Below, in pieces: positions 46,218-56,698 of a DNA stretch of 64,000 nt. The notes beneath the pieces are model-generated. The model was not told the origin of the DNA. It was given only the letters and a program-made list of their open reading frames with translations, and made no database searches. The position numbers were made by a program, and so were the translations under genes. Positions within the stretch are counted from its first letter, which is position 1, and each line of letters opens with the position of its first letter. The DNA comes from a virus: the IMG/VR virus record IMGVR_UViG_3300030333_007705, positions 1 to 64,000 of that record. One strand, written 5' to 3'.

Positions 46218-46464
46218 TTTCTACCTCCTGTATTGCGGCCATCGCTGTGTCCCAACATTCGGGACAATAAAGCCTAACTGCGTTTTGTTTTTCTCTAACA
46301 ATCACCTTCCAGGTATTAGCGTACTCCTTTGATTTCTTATCAAAATCTTTACGACAAGAGTAACATTCGTCACCTAGTTTGTGAAATAAGTTAATTTGTT
46401 CCTGCATGCTTTTTTTAGCACGCTTCTCTTTTGCTCTTCGCATTTTTCTTTTTAAGCTTCCCAT
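46189..46464 (-). CDS. Small zinc-finger protein
   Basis: CYSC...LYCPEC. Confidence 0.6.
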   Translation of the reverse strand: MGSLKRKMRRAKEKRAKKSMQEQINLFHKLGDECYSCRKDFDKKSKEYANTWKVIVREKQNAVRLYCPECWDTAMAAIQEVENDSRILQEE

Positions 46465-46465
46465 A

Positions 46466-49400
46466 TTACCCCAACAGTTTGAAACCTCTAACAGAGCGCG
46501 AGCTAAAGCCCCACTCATCACTATAGTCTAGCTTGGCAGCATAAGGTCGATTAAGGTGCAATACATCATGCTCTTTGATGCCCCAGCACTTGATTGTTGT
46601 TGTCGTTGAAGTATCATCGATAACCTTAACCAGCCAGTATGGCTTGTCATTTTTAGTTTTCTTAGGGATGATCTGCCTAGGTATAAACCACGCAACTCCA
46701 AGCTTGTTGTCCCAATTGCCAACTGCTGGTACGCAGTATCTTTCAATTGCCTCCATGACGTTTTGTGACATGACAAGCGAAAAAGGAAACATTCCCGTCA
46801 ATGAAGAGATGTACTCGATCTTCTCCTCGCTGGAAAAATCGCCCTCTGGAGAATATAGTTCAATATTTTCAACCAGCTTCTTAACGCTTTTTGGTCTGTC
46901 TTGGATGCACGCCATCCAGAAATGTTTTGCTCCGGTGAACCTCTCATCCACAAGATTGGGGATCGCACCAGCCCTACAAAGAACGTCAAGCGCCTTCTTG
47001 TTGAGTTTTGAATAGACAATATCTTCGTTAAACAGCAATTCTTCCACTGTGTTGAATGGCCTATTGTTGATAATCTGCTCAATAGCTTTGTCCCCCAGGC
47101 CTTTAATAGAGCTTAGTGGCTGAATCAAAGTCCTGCCGTCTTCAGCTATCTCCCACTGCTGAGTGGAAGTATTGATATCCAAAGACTTAATCTTAAATCC
47201 AGATTTTTGAGCTAGCGAGATTGCGACCTCTTTTCTGGACTCTGGTTCCTTGTCAAGGAAAGCTGCCATCCATTCCGCAGGATAGTAGTTCAATAGCCAA
47301 GCACACTGAAAGCTGAGTATAGAATAAGAAATAGCGTGAGACTTATTAAAGCCGTAACCACTGAAGTATTCAAATGTTTGCCATAGATCGCTGGCCTTTG
47401 ACTCTTCAATTCCCTTCTCCTTGCAGCCCTGGATAAACTTCTCTCTGATCTTGTTCTTTTCCTTCGCACCTTTTCCTGTTCCTTTCTTAGTTAATAGTTT
47501 TCTGAGTTTGTTTCCCTCGTCCAAAGAGATGTCCTTACCAAGCTTGTGAGCCAGCAAGGCAATCTGCTCCTGAAAGATGAGGAAGCCTGCAGTTTCGCTC
47601 GTAACTTCTTTAACGGTGTCGTTTATGTATCGAATGTCTGAGCTGTTATTCTTTGCCTTTACATATTGCCTATCAACAGAGGCCGACAATGGCCCGGGCC
47701 TGTAAATAGATGTGATAGCAGAGATGTCAATAATGTTGTTGGGCTTTGCTTTTTTGCAAAACCGTTGTGCACCGGCGTTAGTAAACTGAAATACGCCGGC
47801 GAACTTACCTTTATGAAAGATGTTTTTGTACACCTTGTCATCATTAAGATCAATCTTGTCTGGATGCAGATTCTCCTCGTAGTATTTTTTGATATCTGCA
47901 AAAGTCGGATCTTGGATCCCGTGATGTCTTTTCAGGATGTGGCCGACGGCGGACTGAATCATCTCCAAAGTAGAAAGACCCAATAGATCAAACTTAATAA
48001 AGCCAAGCGGCTCTAAATGTCTGACGTTCATCCCCTCTGACCAAGGTGTTTGAATGACACCACCAGAACAGATCAAAGGCATGTGCTTGTCAAGATCTTC
48101 ACCAATCACCACACCTCCGGCGTGACGACTGACAGAACGTACCTGCCCCACGAGAGATTCAACGTGTGTCTTGATGTGGGGGTATTTGTTCAAGAAGTTT
48201 TGCAAGGAAATAGAATAGTCCATGACCTCTTCAAAAGTTGGAACATAGACACCAGCCTTGATGCCATGCTTTTTCTTTGCCTTGGGGGTAGCCTCCTTGA
48301 CCATGCGACTAGTAACCGCGTTGACTTCAACAAATGGCACATCATAGAACTTCCCGATATCTTTGATTAGAGATCTAAGCTGCAGAGTATTAAAGTTGGA
48401 GATAGGCACAACCGTTGTGTTGCCCCACTCCTCTGCAAGAATCTCTTTAAGGCCAAAAGCATCACTAACATCATAATCAATATCAGGATAGTCTTTTGCA
48501 TCAGATCGCAAAAAACGACTGAATAGTAGGCCGTACTTGATTGGGTCGACTTGTGTGATTCCCAGGACATAGGCGACAAGTGAGCCGGCTGCGGATCCTC
48601 GGCCCGGGCCGGCCAGCATGTGCTCGCCAGCTTTGTCTGCGATAGCCTTCATGGTGAGAAAATACTTACTAAAACCTCTGCCATTGATCGTCGTTATCTC
48701 GTGTTTTAGGCGCTCAATATACTCTTCATCATCGTCTAGGCCAAGCTTTTTAAGACCACTAATACAAGCCTTTGTCAGTGTCTCGTCGGCGTCGGCGCCA
48801 TCAGGAACAACGAAGCCTGGTAGCCGCACAGTGTCGTCTGGCATAAAGTCATCAATTAGCTCATGAGCAATCCAGTGAGTGGTTGTTAGCGAATCGCGGA
48901 CGACGCCATCATCGTATTCGACGCCGGCTTCGCTGGAGTACTTCTTGTAGGAAGCCCACATCTGATCGCCGTTCTTCGGGTAAAGCTCATAACCGATCTC
49001 CTCAACACCGAGTGGAAGCTCGGAGGTCATATAATCAGGCTGCTTCTTGCCTCCTCCAAGCCAGCCCAAGCGCTTATAAAGCTCGCGCTCTTTCCAGGCG
49101 TCTGGACTGGGGTAGTGGCTGTCTGCTGTGGATATCAAATCTATGCCAAACTCGTCTTTCATTTGAATTACGAACTTATTTAAAATGTGTTGCTCCGGCA
49201 CGTTATTCCACTGCAGTTCTCCATACCACCGGGAGCCGAGAGCTTTTTGCATTCGACGAGTTGTTTCGCGCATGGCGGTAAGGACAGCCTCGTCACCATC
49301 ATCGCGGTTGTCCCAGTAGTCGCCAGCGTATACGCCGCCGAGACAAGCGGAGGAGGCCATGATACCTTCCCCATACTTCTCAAGCATCTTGTAATCCAAG

Positions 49401-49897
49401 CGCGGATATCTATAAAAATTATCACCTTGATGAGTTTCAGAGACAATTTTGTAAATGTTATTCAAGCCCACCTGATTAAGCGCAACCAGCACGATATGCC
49501 TGCGCGCATTGATCTTGTTCTTGGACTTCCTCTTGGAGGCTCCCTCGTCTTCTGTAGATACTTTATCTGTATCAGAAATAATCTTCTTAGCTTGTTTCTT
49601 GTCAAGCTTGACTCTCTCATACTCCTCTTTCCACTCTTCTACGGAAGGCACAAAATAGGCCTCGACGCCGAAGATGGGCTTAAAGTCTTTACCTTCCTCC
49701 TTCATCTTCTTGGCATGCAATACTTGATAAGACAAGCCATTCATGTTGCCATGATCGGTGAGGGCAAGGGCTGACATGCCGTTTTGATATGCGAAATCCA
49801 TGTGCTCTTGTGGATATCCAAACCCATCAAAAACTGAGCCGGCAACGCTGTGGGCGTGCAAGCCGACGAACGGAATTTGTGATACAGTTCTCTCCAT
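46466..49897 (-). CDS. dnaE: DNA polymerase III alpha subunit
   Basis: PHP (LHAHS, TDHG), GRGSAAGSLV, PDIDYD, RHAGGVVI, KFDLLGL, GYGFNKSHA. Confidence 0.95.
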   Translation of the reverse strand: MERTVSQIPFVGLHAHSVAGSVFDGFGYPQEHMDFAYQNGMSALALTDHGNMNGLSYQVLHAKKMKEEGKDFKPIFGVEAYFVPSVEEWKEEYERVKLDKKQAKKIISDTDKVSTEDEGASKRKSKNKINARRHIVLVALNQVGLNNIYKIVSETHQGDNFYRYPRLDYKMLEKYGEGIMASSACLGGVYAGDYWDNRDDGDEAVLTAMRETTRRMQKALGSRWYGELQWNNVPEQHILNKFVIQMKDEFGIDLISTADSHYPSPDAWKERELYKRLGWLGGGKKQPDYMTSELPLGVEEIGYELYPKNGDQMWASYKKYSSEAGVEYDDGVVRDSLTTTHWIAHELIDDFMPDDTVRLPGFVVPDGADADETLTKACISGLKKLGLDDDEEYIERLKHEITTINGRGFSKYFLTMKAIADKAGEHMLAGPGRGSAAGSLVAYVLGITQVDPIKYGLLFSRFLRSDAKDYPDIDYDVSDAFGLKEILAEEWGNTTVVPISNFNTLQLRSLIKDIGKFYDVPFVEVNAVTSRMVKEATPKAKKKHGIKAGVYVPTFEEVMDYSISLQNFLNKYPHIKTHVESLVGQVRSVSRHAGGVVIGEDLDKHMPLICSGGVIQTPWSEGMNVRHLEPLGFIKFDLLGLSTLEMIQSAVGHILKRHHGIQDPTFADIKKYYEENLHPDKIDLNDDKVYKNIFHKGKFAGVFQFTNAGAQRFCKKAKPNNIIDISAITSIYRPGPLSASVDRQYVKAKNNSSDIRYINDTVKEVTSETAGFLIFQEQIALLAHKLGKDISLDEGNKLRKLLTKKGTGKGAKEKNKIREKFIQGCKEKGIEESKASDLWQTFEYFSGYGFNKSHAISYSILSFQCAWLLNYYPAEWMAAFLDKEPESRKEVAISLAQKSGFKIKSLDINTSTQQWEIAEDGRTLIQPLSSIKGLGDKAIEQIINNRPFNTVEELLFNEDIVYSKLNKKALDVLCRAGAIPNLVDERFTGAKHFWMACIQDRPKSVKKLVENIELYSPEGDFSSEEKIEYISSLTGMFPFSLVMSQNVMEAIERYCVPAVGNWDNKLGVAWFIPRQIIPKKTKNDKPYWLVKVIDDTSTTTTIKCWGIKEHDVLHLNRPYAAKLDYSDEWGFSSRSVRGFKLLG

Positions 49898-49949
49898 CTT
49901 TTCTCCTTAAGCTACAAAAACAATATAATGATGACTTTAAAAAAGTAAA

Positions 49950-50795
49950 TTACTCATCAAAACTAATCTCGTTCCACTCTTTGTAGCCCAATAAGCTTGG
50001 TTTTATAACATTGTTAGACTTGCCCAAAAACGAACAATAGTTAGCCCAGCTATCTATACTCTTGTAATCAGAGATTTCGATTTTCTCATGAGCACTAAAG
50101 TCCAAAGTATCGAAAACCTCAGAAGGAGAGAAGTTGCGATAAGAGTACCTCTCGTCTTTTGATAATTTTACAGTGCGAAAAGAGTCAAGCCAAAGACCAG
50201 TTGATTTATCTCTGACCTCGCCAACAAGTTGTTCAATGTGCTCTGGAAGCAGAGTCATTCCTAAATATTTATTGTCAACAATAGACTGACCATCGTGATT
50301 TAAGATAACACCTTTTTCATAAATAGTCCGCCTGTGGGCTTGAATTGCGTCAGGTGAGTAGTATCCGTATGGCCAAGAGACATAGAAGATATCTGGACGC
50401 GTCCATTTGCTCAGAGCGCCGGCAACCTTTAGGGCCGTGCCGGCACCATGTATGGCGCCCCAACTCAGGCAATCTCTCTTTCCCAGGTCACGCGGATGAA
50501 TCGGCACATAGTAAATTCTAATCATGCGACGGTGTTCATCTCGATTGCTCTCAAAGTGCCGATTAGCGTAGACAGGATCTTCTATCTTTTCTCCAACCTG
50601 ATACCTTATCAATGGCTGGACGTCGTCATTGCAGACAATCCAGATTGTAGAGCATCCTGCATACGCGCACTCCGCAACCGAGCGTTCTACAGAAAGATAG
50701 TTTGGCGCCAAGGGCATCAGACTCTCGTGCCATGGCATATCAAAGTCGCTCCTAAGGCCAGATACCGGTATTATACCTGCAACGTGCTTCTTCAT
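49950..50795 (-). CDS. Divergent sugar-phosphate nucleotidyltransferase-like protein
   Basis: AGIIPVSG...LMPL...ECAYAGCSTIWIV; C-terminal IDSW. Confidence 0.6.
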   Translation of the reverse strand: MKKHVAGIIPVSGLRSDFDMPWHESLMPLAPNYLSVERSVAECAYAGCSTIWIVCNDDVQPLIRYQVGEKIEDPVYANRHFESNRDEHRRMIRIYYVPIHPRDLGKRDCLSWGAIHGAGTALKVAGALSKWTRPDIFYVSWPYGYYSPDAIQAHRRTIYEKGVILNHDGQSIVDNKYLGMTLLPEHIEQLVGEVRDKSTGLWLDSFRTVKLSKDERYSYRNFSPSEVFDTLDFSAHEKIEISDYKSIDSWANYCSFLGKSNNVIKPSLLGYKEWNEISFDE

Positions 50796-51532
50796 CCCAC
50801 CTTCACCAAAGTTATATTATTACTTTTTTTGTAGTCCTGCTTGTAGATTGGAAGAACATCTCTCTTCCAAAGTTCTAGCTCAACCCCAGGGAAGCCATGA
50901 CTACTCAGCAGCGCTTGGGCCTTAAATCTAGACATGGTGTCACTATACTCTATTGAAGATATCTGCTGTCTGGTCATAAATGATTCCACAACCAAATCTT
51001 TGCTAGCGTGCTCTCCGTCGCGACGCGAGCTTTGAAAAAGCTGTATCTTTTTTGCAAACTCTTCGCCGTTGGCCTCAATAGAAGTTAAATCTATTTTAGA
51101 ATGCCTCTTGATATCAAACCAGTCCAAAACCCTATAGCCAAGCAAAACCTGATTAAAGTCAGAATCTAAACCTGCGATGTCCTGCATGCTGAATATAGTG
51201 CAGGTCTGGTATTTGACTCTATACATGTTGCCAGACAAGGTAAACACCTTGATGGTGTCACTGTCTAATTCAAAGCGCAAGGATTGAATCAACCCGCCAA
51301 AAGGATTCAATCCTTTCTCGTAGAGTTCAACACTAAGCGCAGACCATTGCTCTTCTAAATTATTGCCGGCTGAATCGACATCATAAGAGTGGATAGCAGG
51401 ATAACTATTGAGCAGTAAATGAGTCTTGTTTTTAGTGGCAAATCGTAATGCATCTAGACTTCCTCCTATGGTTACGGCAGTCCATTGAAAATCAGCACCC
51501 GCAGCCGTCTTGCTTGGCTTCACATTCTTCAA
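50792..51532 (-). CDS. Hypothetical protein, degenerate Rossmann-like N-terminus
   Basis: AVTIGGSLDAL. Confidence 0.5.
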   Translation of the reverse strand: MKNVKPSKTAAGADFQWTAVTIGGSLDALRFATKNKTHLLLNSYPAIHSYDVDSAGNNLEEQWSALSVELYEKGLNPFGGLIQSLRFELDSDTIKVFTLSGNMYRVKYQTCTIFSMQDIAGLDSDFNQVLLGYRVLDWFDIKRHSKIDLTSIEANGEEFAKKIQLFQSSRRDGEHASKDLVVESFMTRQQISSIEYSDTMSRFKAQALLSSHGFPGVELELWKRDVLPIYKQDYKKSNNITLVKVG

Positions 51533-52184
51533 CTTCTTTTCTCAGCTTCATTATGTTTTTATGCCACTTCCTTAAAACACGGTAGTGTAAAGGCCTCTCC
51601 TTGCACCGGCCACCCTTCTTTTTGTAGCGTATGCCGGTCACCCAAGCAGCTAGCCATATCCTATTATCAGTTCTGTATTTGCACTTTCTCTTCACGCCAG
51701 GTATCTGGCGAACGATATGCTTCATCCACGCGTGGGCTGAGGCGATCGGATCAGTTCTGTCTAGACCAGGGTTCATTTTTTTATAGACTGGCCAAAGTTG
51801 CAGCATCCCAATGGCCATCGGTGTTTTCTTGTTCTTGCTAAACTTTCTGTCACCTTTGGCTTTTGGATTGTAACCAGATTCCCAACATGCTGCTGCTAGG
51901 AGCATCCCCTTCATCCCAGCTGGCACGTTATATGATTTTTCAATTTCAACCAACTTCTTCAAAAGCTTCCTATCAACCTTGTCAGGTTTTCGGCGCCGAC
52001 AATTAAAGATTGCTTGGTCGAGGATCTCATCATAGGTGACTGACATTTGGACCTTTCTAACAGGTTTGACGTACATGTCACTGTCCGCAATTTCAATCAA
52101 ATGCACAGGCTTTGCGAAGGCCCGATCTATGTCGGTGCTCCCTGCTCCGCTAAAAATAAAATATAAAGGTAACAACCAATCCAC
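51492..52184 (-). CDS. Lytic transglycosylase (SLT)-like protein
   Basis: AACWESGYNPKA...AIGMLQL...DP. Confidence 0.7.
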   Translation of the reverse strand: MDWLLPLYFIFSGAGSTDIDRAFAKPVHLIEIADSDMYVKPVRKVQMSVTYDEILDQAIFNCRRRKPDKVDRKLLKKLVEIEKSYNVPAGMKGMLLAAACWESGYNPKAKGDRKFSKNKKTPMAIGMLQLWPVYKKMNPGLDRTDPIASAHAWMKHIVRQIPGVKRKCKYRTDNRIWLAAWVTGIRYKKKGGRCKERPLHYRVLRKWHKNIMKLRKEVEECEAKQDGCGC

Positions 52185-52909
52185 TACTTCTCTCCTTCCG
52201 CAACTTTAAAGGCGCTCACTGCCGCTGGCCACAAATCTCTTGCTATTTCTAACATGTTATTTGCTAATTGCTGAATCTCCCACTGAGCACCCTCATGCGT
52301 TCTAAGACTTATAAACTTAAGTAGGTTGCTTAGATTGACAGTGCCATAATATTCAGTATAAAGATTTTGAGGTAGTACGCCGCGTGCTTGTTCTCTACAA
52401 ATTCCGCTATCAATTAATTTATTGTAGAGTCGTAGAGATTTGAGGTGATGACCCCTAACGAGATACGACGCACCTGAGCCGCCAGACAGACTACCCTCAT
52501 CAATCACCGGGTCGATCAAATCGTTAAAGTTACTAGCCTGTCTATTTGATTTATGTTGTGTTCTAAAGCTTTTTGGCTCATAAAACCTAATACCAACATC
52601 AGTGTACCTGCGACTGATCTCATTATAGGACCACGTACGATGCCTCATGTGCTGAGACCGCACGAACAAGGGAACACAAATTCTAAAAGTCAAAACATTG
52701 TGCTCGAAGGTTGATGTGTGCCTATGCTCAACCAAATATTTAATTAACTTACGATCCTTGTCGTCGATCTCATCCTTGTGTTTTCCAAAAGATACGCGCG
52801 CTGCATTAACAATCGTCAAGTCGGTACCCATGCTGTCAACTAGCTCGACAAACCCCACCTTATCATCATATAGGTATTTCCTTTCCATACTCACTCTTTT
52901 AAGATTCAA
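52184..52909 (-). CDS. thyX: FAD-dependent thymidylate synthase
   Basis: AARVS, HTSTFEH, RHRTWSYNEISRRY, EQARGVLP, AQWEIQ. Confidence 0.95.
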   Translation of the reverse strand: MNLKRVSMERKYLYDDKVGFVELVDSMGTDLTIVNAARVSFGKHKDEIDDKDRKLIKYLVEHRHTSTFEHNVLTFRICVPLFVRSQHMRHRTWSYNEISRRYTDVGIRFYEPKSFRTQHKSNRQASNFNDLIDPVIDEGSLSGGSGASYLVRGHHLKSLRLYNKLIDSGICREQARGVLPQNLYTEYYGTVNLSNLLKFISLRTHEGAQWEIQQLANNMLEIARDLWPAAVSAFKVAEGEK

Positions 52910-53168
52910 CTCGCGCTACGACATGACTCTCCAACACAATGTGGTGGACTTCACCGCCTACGTTAACATGCTCAAGGCTATGGCTGGGCACAACAAGACA
53001 ACACCCAGACCAAAGGGCAGAATCCTCATGAGCCTTTATCAGCTTCACAACCTTGAAAGGCTCAACATCGATTTTTACATCATCCGGCACAAGTATAGTT
53101 GATTTGTCTTGTTTGTCTTCATTGAGGCAAGGCTCAACAACCAAATACCTATTTAGTGGGAATAGCAT
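52899..53168 (-). CDS. groES: GroES-like co-chaperonin
   Basis: PLNRYLVVEP...ILVPD...GEVHHIVLESHVVARV. Confidence 0.7.
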   Translation of the reverse strand: MLFPLNRYLVVEPCLNEDKQDKSTILVPDDVKIDVEPFKVVKLIKAHEDSALWSGCCLVVPSHSLEHVNVGGEVHHIVLESHVVARVES

Positions 53169-53169
53169 G

Positions 53170-53418
53170 TCATGCTCCTGTGATTTTTGTATTAATCTTG
53201 TTAAAGTAATTTACAAACTCATTGATGTCGTCGCCGTTCTTCAGCATACGATAAGCTCTCACAACTTGACGCATCTCGTCGCGACTTAGCCACCCGTTTT
53301 GAACGTAATTACTTCTCAAATCTCTTTTGTGTTCCTTGTACGGCTCCATCTCATCTTCAATAGCCTTAAACGCTTTAATAAACTCAACTGCGTACTCATC
53401 CTTCGTTAGGTCACTCAT
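53170..53418 (-). CDS. GapR/T4 DsbA-like dsDNA-binding protein
   Basis: FIKAFKAIEDEMEPYKEHKRDLR...MRQVVRA. Confidence 0.5.
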   Translation of the reverse strand: MSDLTKDEYAVEFIKAFKAIEDEMEPYKEHKRDLRSNYVQNGWLSRDEMRQVVRAYRMLKNGDDINEFVNYFNKINTKITGA

Positions 53419-53441
53419 TATACTCTCCTTTGTTGTTTTTG

Positions 53442-55298
53442 TTAAGTGATTTCACAGGCGCCGCCAGCACAAGCTAGCTCGCCCGTCAGATTTGTATTAT
53501 CCTCTGCTTCTATAATTTTAGAAACATCCACCTCTTTTAAAAGGTTAAAACTCTTTTCGTATTCTTCCTTGCTGCAATCTTCGAACGGAGCCTGTTTATA
53601 ATTGTGATCTGCCCAAGGTAGTACCGACAGGCCGTTATATACATTCTTGTTGTCCCACATCCACTCTGCAACCTCTTCCCATTCTTTTTCCTTAATAGAA
53701 ATGGTGGCAGACACGTTGTGCGTATTCTGACCCCTGCAGTGGCCCGGGCGGACCCAATCATGAGAAACTGCCTGAACTCTCCTCAGCAAATCCAGAGCGC
53801 TCTCTTTTCTAGTGATACTGCCTCTAGGGGCTTGCTGTGGTACAGTTATAACTGCAGTGTCATGAGGTCGAAAGAACTCATCTTCTACGAGTTCTGGATG
53901 GTTTACATACAAATACCAATATATGGCCTCATTTTTCCCAACCCGTATTCTCCTCTTGTAGTGTCTGTTGTGCCATGCATGGATGCCACTAGAGGTGCCA
54001 AGAGTCAAGGATGTGGTGCCTGCAGGCTTAACACAAGTTGTCCTAGCTGCTGGTTTTATCCCAATCAAGCTTGCGACTCTTTTATTTTCCTTCCTAACAA
54101 GCTTGGCTGCAGTCGACATGTCCAAATTAAGAACTTTACCTGATGCGATACCAGTCATAGAAACTCCAATCAATGCATCTTTTTCTGTTGTCCTGCGCCA
54201 AATATCTCGCAAATAATGAAAATCAGTGTATCCTGCCTGGAGCGTGCCAATAAAGGCTGCTGCAGTGGCACGTTGCTCATAATCTTGTTGAGACTCTATG
54301 TTGGAAGCATTAATTTCAGTCAAATTACAAAATTGGTAGGGCCGGAGGGCAATCTCACAACATGGATTGGTGCCCCAGTCTTTATCGTTAGAGAAATAAA
54401 AACCAGGCTCCCCCGAGCCGCTAGCGCGGACGCGCTCCCAGATGTCCATAAAGAATTCTTTAGTGACTCTGTGGCGCATCAAAACTACTGAGTTGTTTGC
54501 CCTGCCTCGCTGAGGATTTGTCTCCCACCAGTTTCCTGTTTTCGCAGCGAGCATCTCTTCATCGTCCGCCGAAAAAAGTGAAATAAGAGCAGCACGACGA
54601 ATCCCCCCGGCGAGAACAGCATCAGCAATGTAGCAAATAATGTCGTGTACTTCGATAGGTTCAAGCTGGTCTCCTGCTTCTTTGCTATCTAAAACTCCCC
54701 TGACCTTCAAAAGACATTCTTTTAAAGGCTGGGGGCCTGGGGCTTTGCCGCCAGAAGTAACTAGTCGCGCGCCTTTAGGACGGATGTCACTAAAATCAAA
54801 ACGCACCCTGGAGCCCCCCTTAAAGTAGGATCCAATTAAAACTTTCACTGCGTCGGCCCAGCCTTCGATTGAGTCCCCAATTAAATATCTCCTAGTCCTC
54901 TTTAGGCTAGGTTTTTTGATTTCAGGTAATTTTTCAACGTGGTGCTTCTGCACAGAAAAACCAACACCTGTTCCTCCAAGAAGGAGAAACATGCACTCGC
55001 TGAAAGCCAGAATATGATCAACAGGAAGGTAAGCGCAGTTGTAAATCCGGTTAGGAGCCACTTCAATTGGCTTGCCACCGAATTGCATCGATCGCATAGA
55101 TGGTAAAACTTTTTTTTCATAGACATATTCATAGGCCTCCTTGATCTCGTCCCTTAGATCTGGATACTTCTTAATGTGCATATTTTTATTTCTGGTTACT
55201 AACTCTTCCCATGTCTCGCGGCGCTCAAGCTTCGGCTCAAAGCGCGCATATTTCATATGTACTGTGATGTCTGATAAGATTTTATTAGATAGTTCCAT
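53442..55298 (-). CDS. nrdJ: Class II (B12-dependent) ribonucleotide reductase
   Basis: IYNC, GGTGVG, TNPCCEI, CNLTE, TCVKPAGT, C-terminal CAGGAC; no beta subunit nearby. Confidence 0.9.
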   Translation of the reverse strand: MELSNKILSDITVHMKYARFEPKLERRETWEELVTRNKNMHIKKYPDLRDEIKEAYEYVYEKKVLPSMRSMQFGGKPIEVAPNRIYNCAYLPVDHILAFSECMFLLLGGTGVGFSVQKHHVEKLPEIKKPSLKRTRRYLIGDSIEGWADAVKVLIGSYFKGGSRVRFDFSDIRPKGARLVTSGGKAPGPQPLKECLLKVRGVLDSKEAGDQLEPIEVHDIICYIADAVLAGGIRRAALISLFSADDEEMLAAKTGNWWETNPQRGRANNSVVLMRHRVTKEFFMDIWERVRASGSGEPGFYFSNDKDWGTNPCCEIALRPYQFCNLTEINASNIESQQDYEQRATAAAFIGTLQAGYTDFHYLRDIWRRTTEKDALIGVSMTGIASGKVLNLDMSTAAKLVRKENKRVASLIGIKPAARTTCVKPAGTTSLTLGTSSGIHAWHNRHYKRRIRVGKNEAIYWYLYVNHPELVEDEFFRPHDTAVITVPQQAPRGSITRKESALDLLRRVQAVSHDWVRPGHCRGQNTHNVSATISIKEKEWEEVAEWMWDNKNVYNGLSVLPWADHNYKQAPFEDCSKEEYEKSFNLLKEVDVSKIIEAEDNTNLTGELACAGGACEIT

Positions 55299-56664
55299 CG
55301 GCTGCTTCCTTCTTTGTTTTTCTAAATTGTTTGTATTTTTCCTTTAGAGAAGTTGCGACTTGCTGAGGTGACGCGACAGGGCCCACAGAGGGACTGTCGA
55401 CAGGCGAGAGGACCTGCAGATTGACACAAGACGTGTCCATAAGCATAGGGAACACCAGTCCATCGGGTCCATTTCTATTTTTTGCGATAAACATTCGTGC
55501 TGTATTGGCATTTTTGTCTCTTATCGTTCGTGAAACAGAGCAGATAAAGTCTGACACAAAGCACTTATTAAATGCCTCAGAGATAGATTCCATTGTTACC
55601 ACTTCTGCGTTCAATCCTGTCCTGTTGGTTTGCGAAGCTGTCCAAACAGGACACTTATTTTCTTGCGCAATAGCTCTTAGGTTTTCATAAATAGACTCTA
55701 ACTCATTCCTCTTCTCTTTAAAAATTGCAGGGGCTCTTAGCAAATCAGCGTAATCTACTAAAATCATATCAATTTTGTGATTTCTTTTTTTTAATTTTTC
55801 TAAATGTGCGCGTAAAGTATTCGGAGAGGCGGTCTTTGTGGGGTATTCTTTAATAATAAGCGTCCCTTCAACTTCGCTAATAGCCTCTAAGACATCTTCT
55901 TTGCGATGAAATAAGGTAGACAACGGCACTTGACTAATGCAACTGTCGTATCTCTGCCCTGTTACGGCCTCCGACAATTCTAGTGTATAATGCACTACAT
56001 TTTTGCCTGCTTTTAGCGCTTGGGCGCCCAAGTGTGCCAAAACCATTGATTTTCCTGCGCCCGTGGGGGCGATTACAACACCCATCTCGCCAGTACCTAA
56101 GCCGCCTTTCGTCAGCTTGTCAACTTTGTCCCAGCCAGTCGTTACAGGATTACGAGCTTTAATCTCATATCTCATCTCGAAGTCTTTAACAAACTCGTGA
56201 CCAAAATCATTATCAGTGCCGAGATTCAGAGCCTCATCAATTACTTTTCTAACTTCATCGTATGATGAACTTTGAATTAAGTCGGCCGACTTCATAAGCG
56301 CTTCTTTGAGCTTCTGCTTTTTGCAAAAATCCAAAGATGTATCTTTGATGTACTTCTCGTCATCAACACTCTTAATGAGTGTTCGGCTAAAATAGTCTCT
56401 TACCTGTTTTTGAGTTGCTTCGTTTTGATTGTCAAGTTCTGTCCTCAGAATAGAGGCAATAATCTTATCAGTTGGATGGACGCCGTATTTTTTTCTATAA
56501 CCAAACACCACCGAGACAAAGACTCTCAGGTACTTTAGCTCAAAAAAATTTATATCTAAAACTTCTTCAAGTTGATCTGCGAATGGCCGGTCTTGTAAAA
56601 TTAGTTGACATAAAGTCTCCTGAAATTGTTTTCCATATTTGGAAAAGCTGATATTGTCTGTCAT
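55285..56664 (-). CDS. Replicative DnaB/T4 gp41-type helicase
   Basis: APTGAGKS, YTLEL, IIKEYPT, LVDYADL, TASQTNR, KNRNGPDG. Confidence 0.9.
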   Translation of the reverse strand: MTDNISFSKYGKQFQETLCQLILQDRPFADQLEEVLDINFFELKYLRVFVSVVFGYRKKYGVHPTDKIIASILRTELDNQNEATQKQVRDYFSRTLIKSVDDEKYIKDTSLDFCKKQKLKEALMKSADLIQSSSYDEVRKVIDEALNLGTDNDFGHEFVKDFEMRYEIKARNPVTTGWDKVDKLTKGGLGTGEMGVVIAPTGAGKSMVLAHLGAQALKAGKNVVHYTLELSEAVTGQRYDSCISQVPLSTLFHRKEDVLEAISEVEGTLIIKEYPTKTASPNTLRAHLEKLKKRNHKIDMILVDYADLLRAPAIFKEKRNELESIYENLRAIAQENKCPVWTASQTNRTGLNAEVVTMESISEAFNKCFVSDFICSVSRTIRDKNANTARMFIAKNRNGPDGLVFPMLMDTSCVNLQVLSPVDSPSVGPVASPQQVATSLKEKYKQFRKTKKEAADGTI

Positions 56665-56698
56665 TTCTTCCTCGCTTAAATTTAAGATAACTACGGCA

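Noticed and set aside
46466-56664. Inteins or introns in dnaE, nrdJ or the helicase
   Set aside because: The ORFs are continuous and of normal length, with no C/S...HN splice motifs or homing-endonuclease inserts seen.
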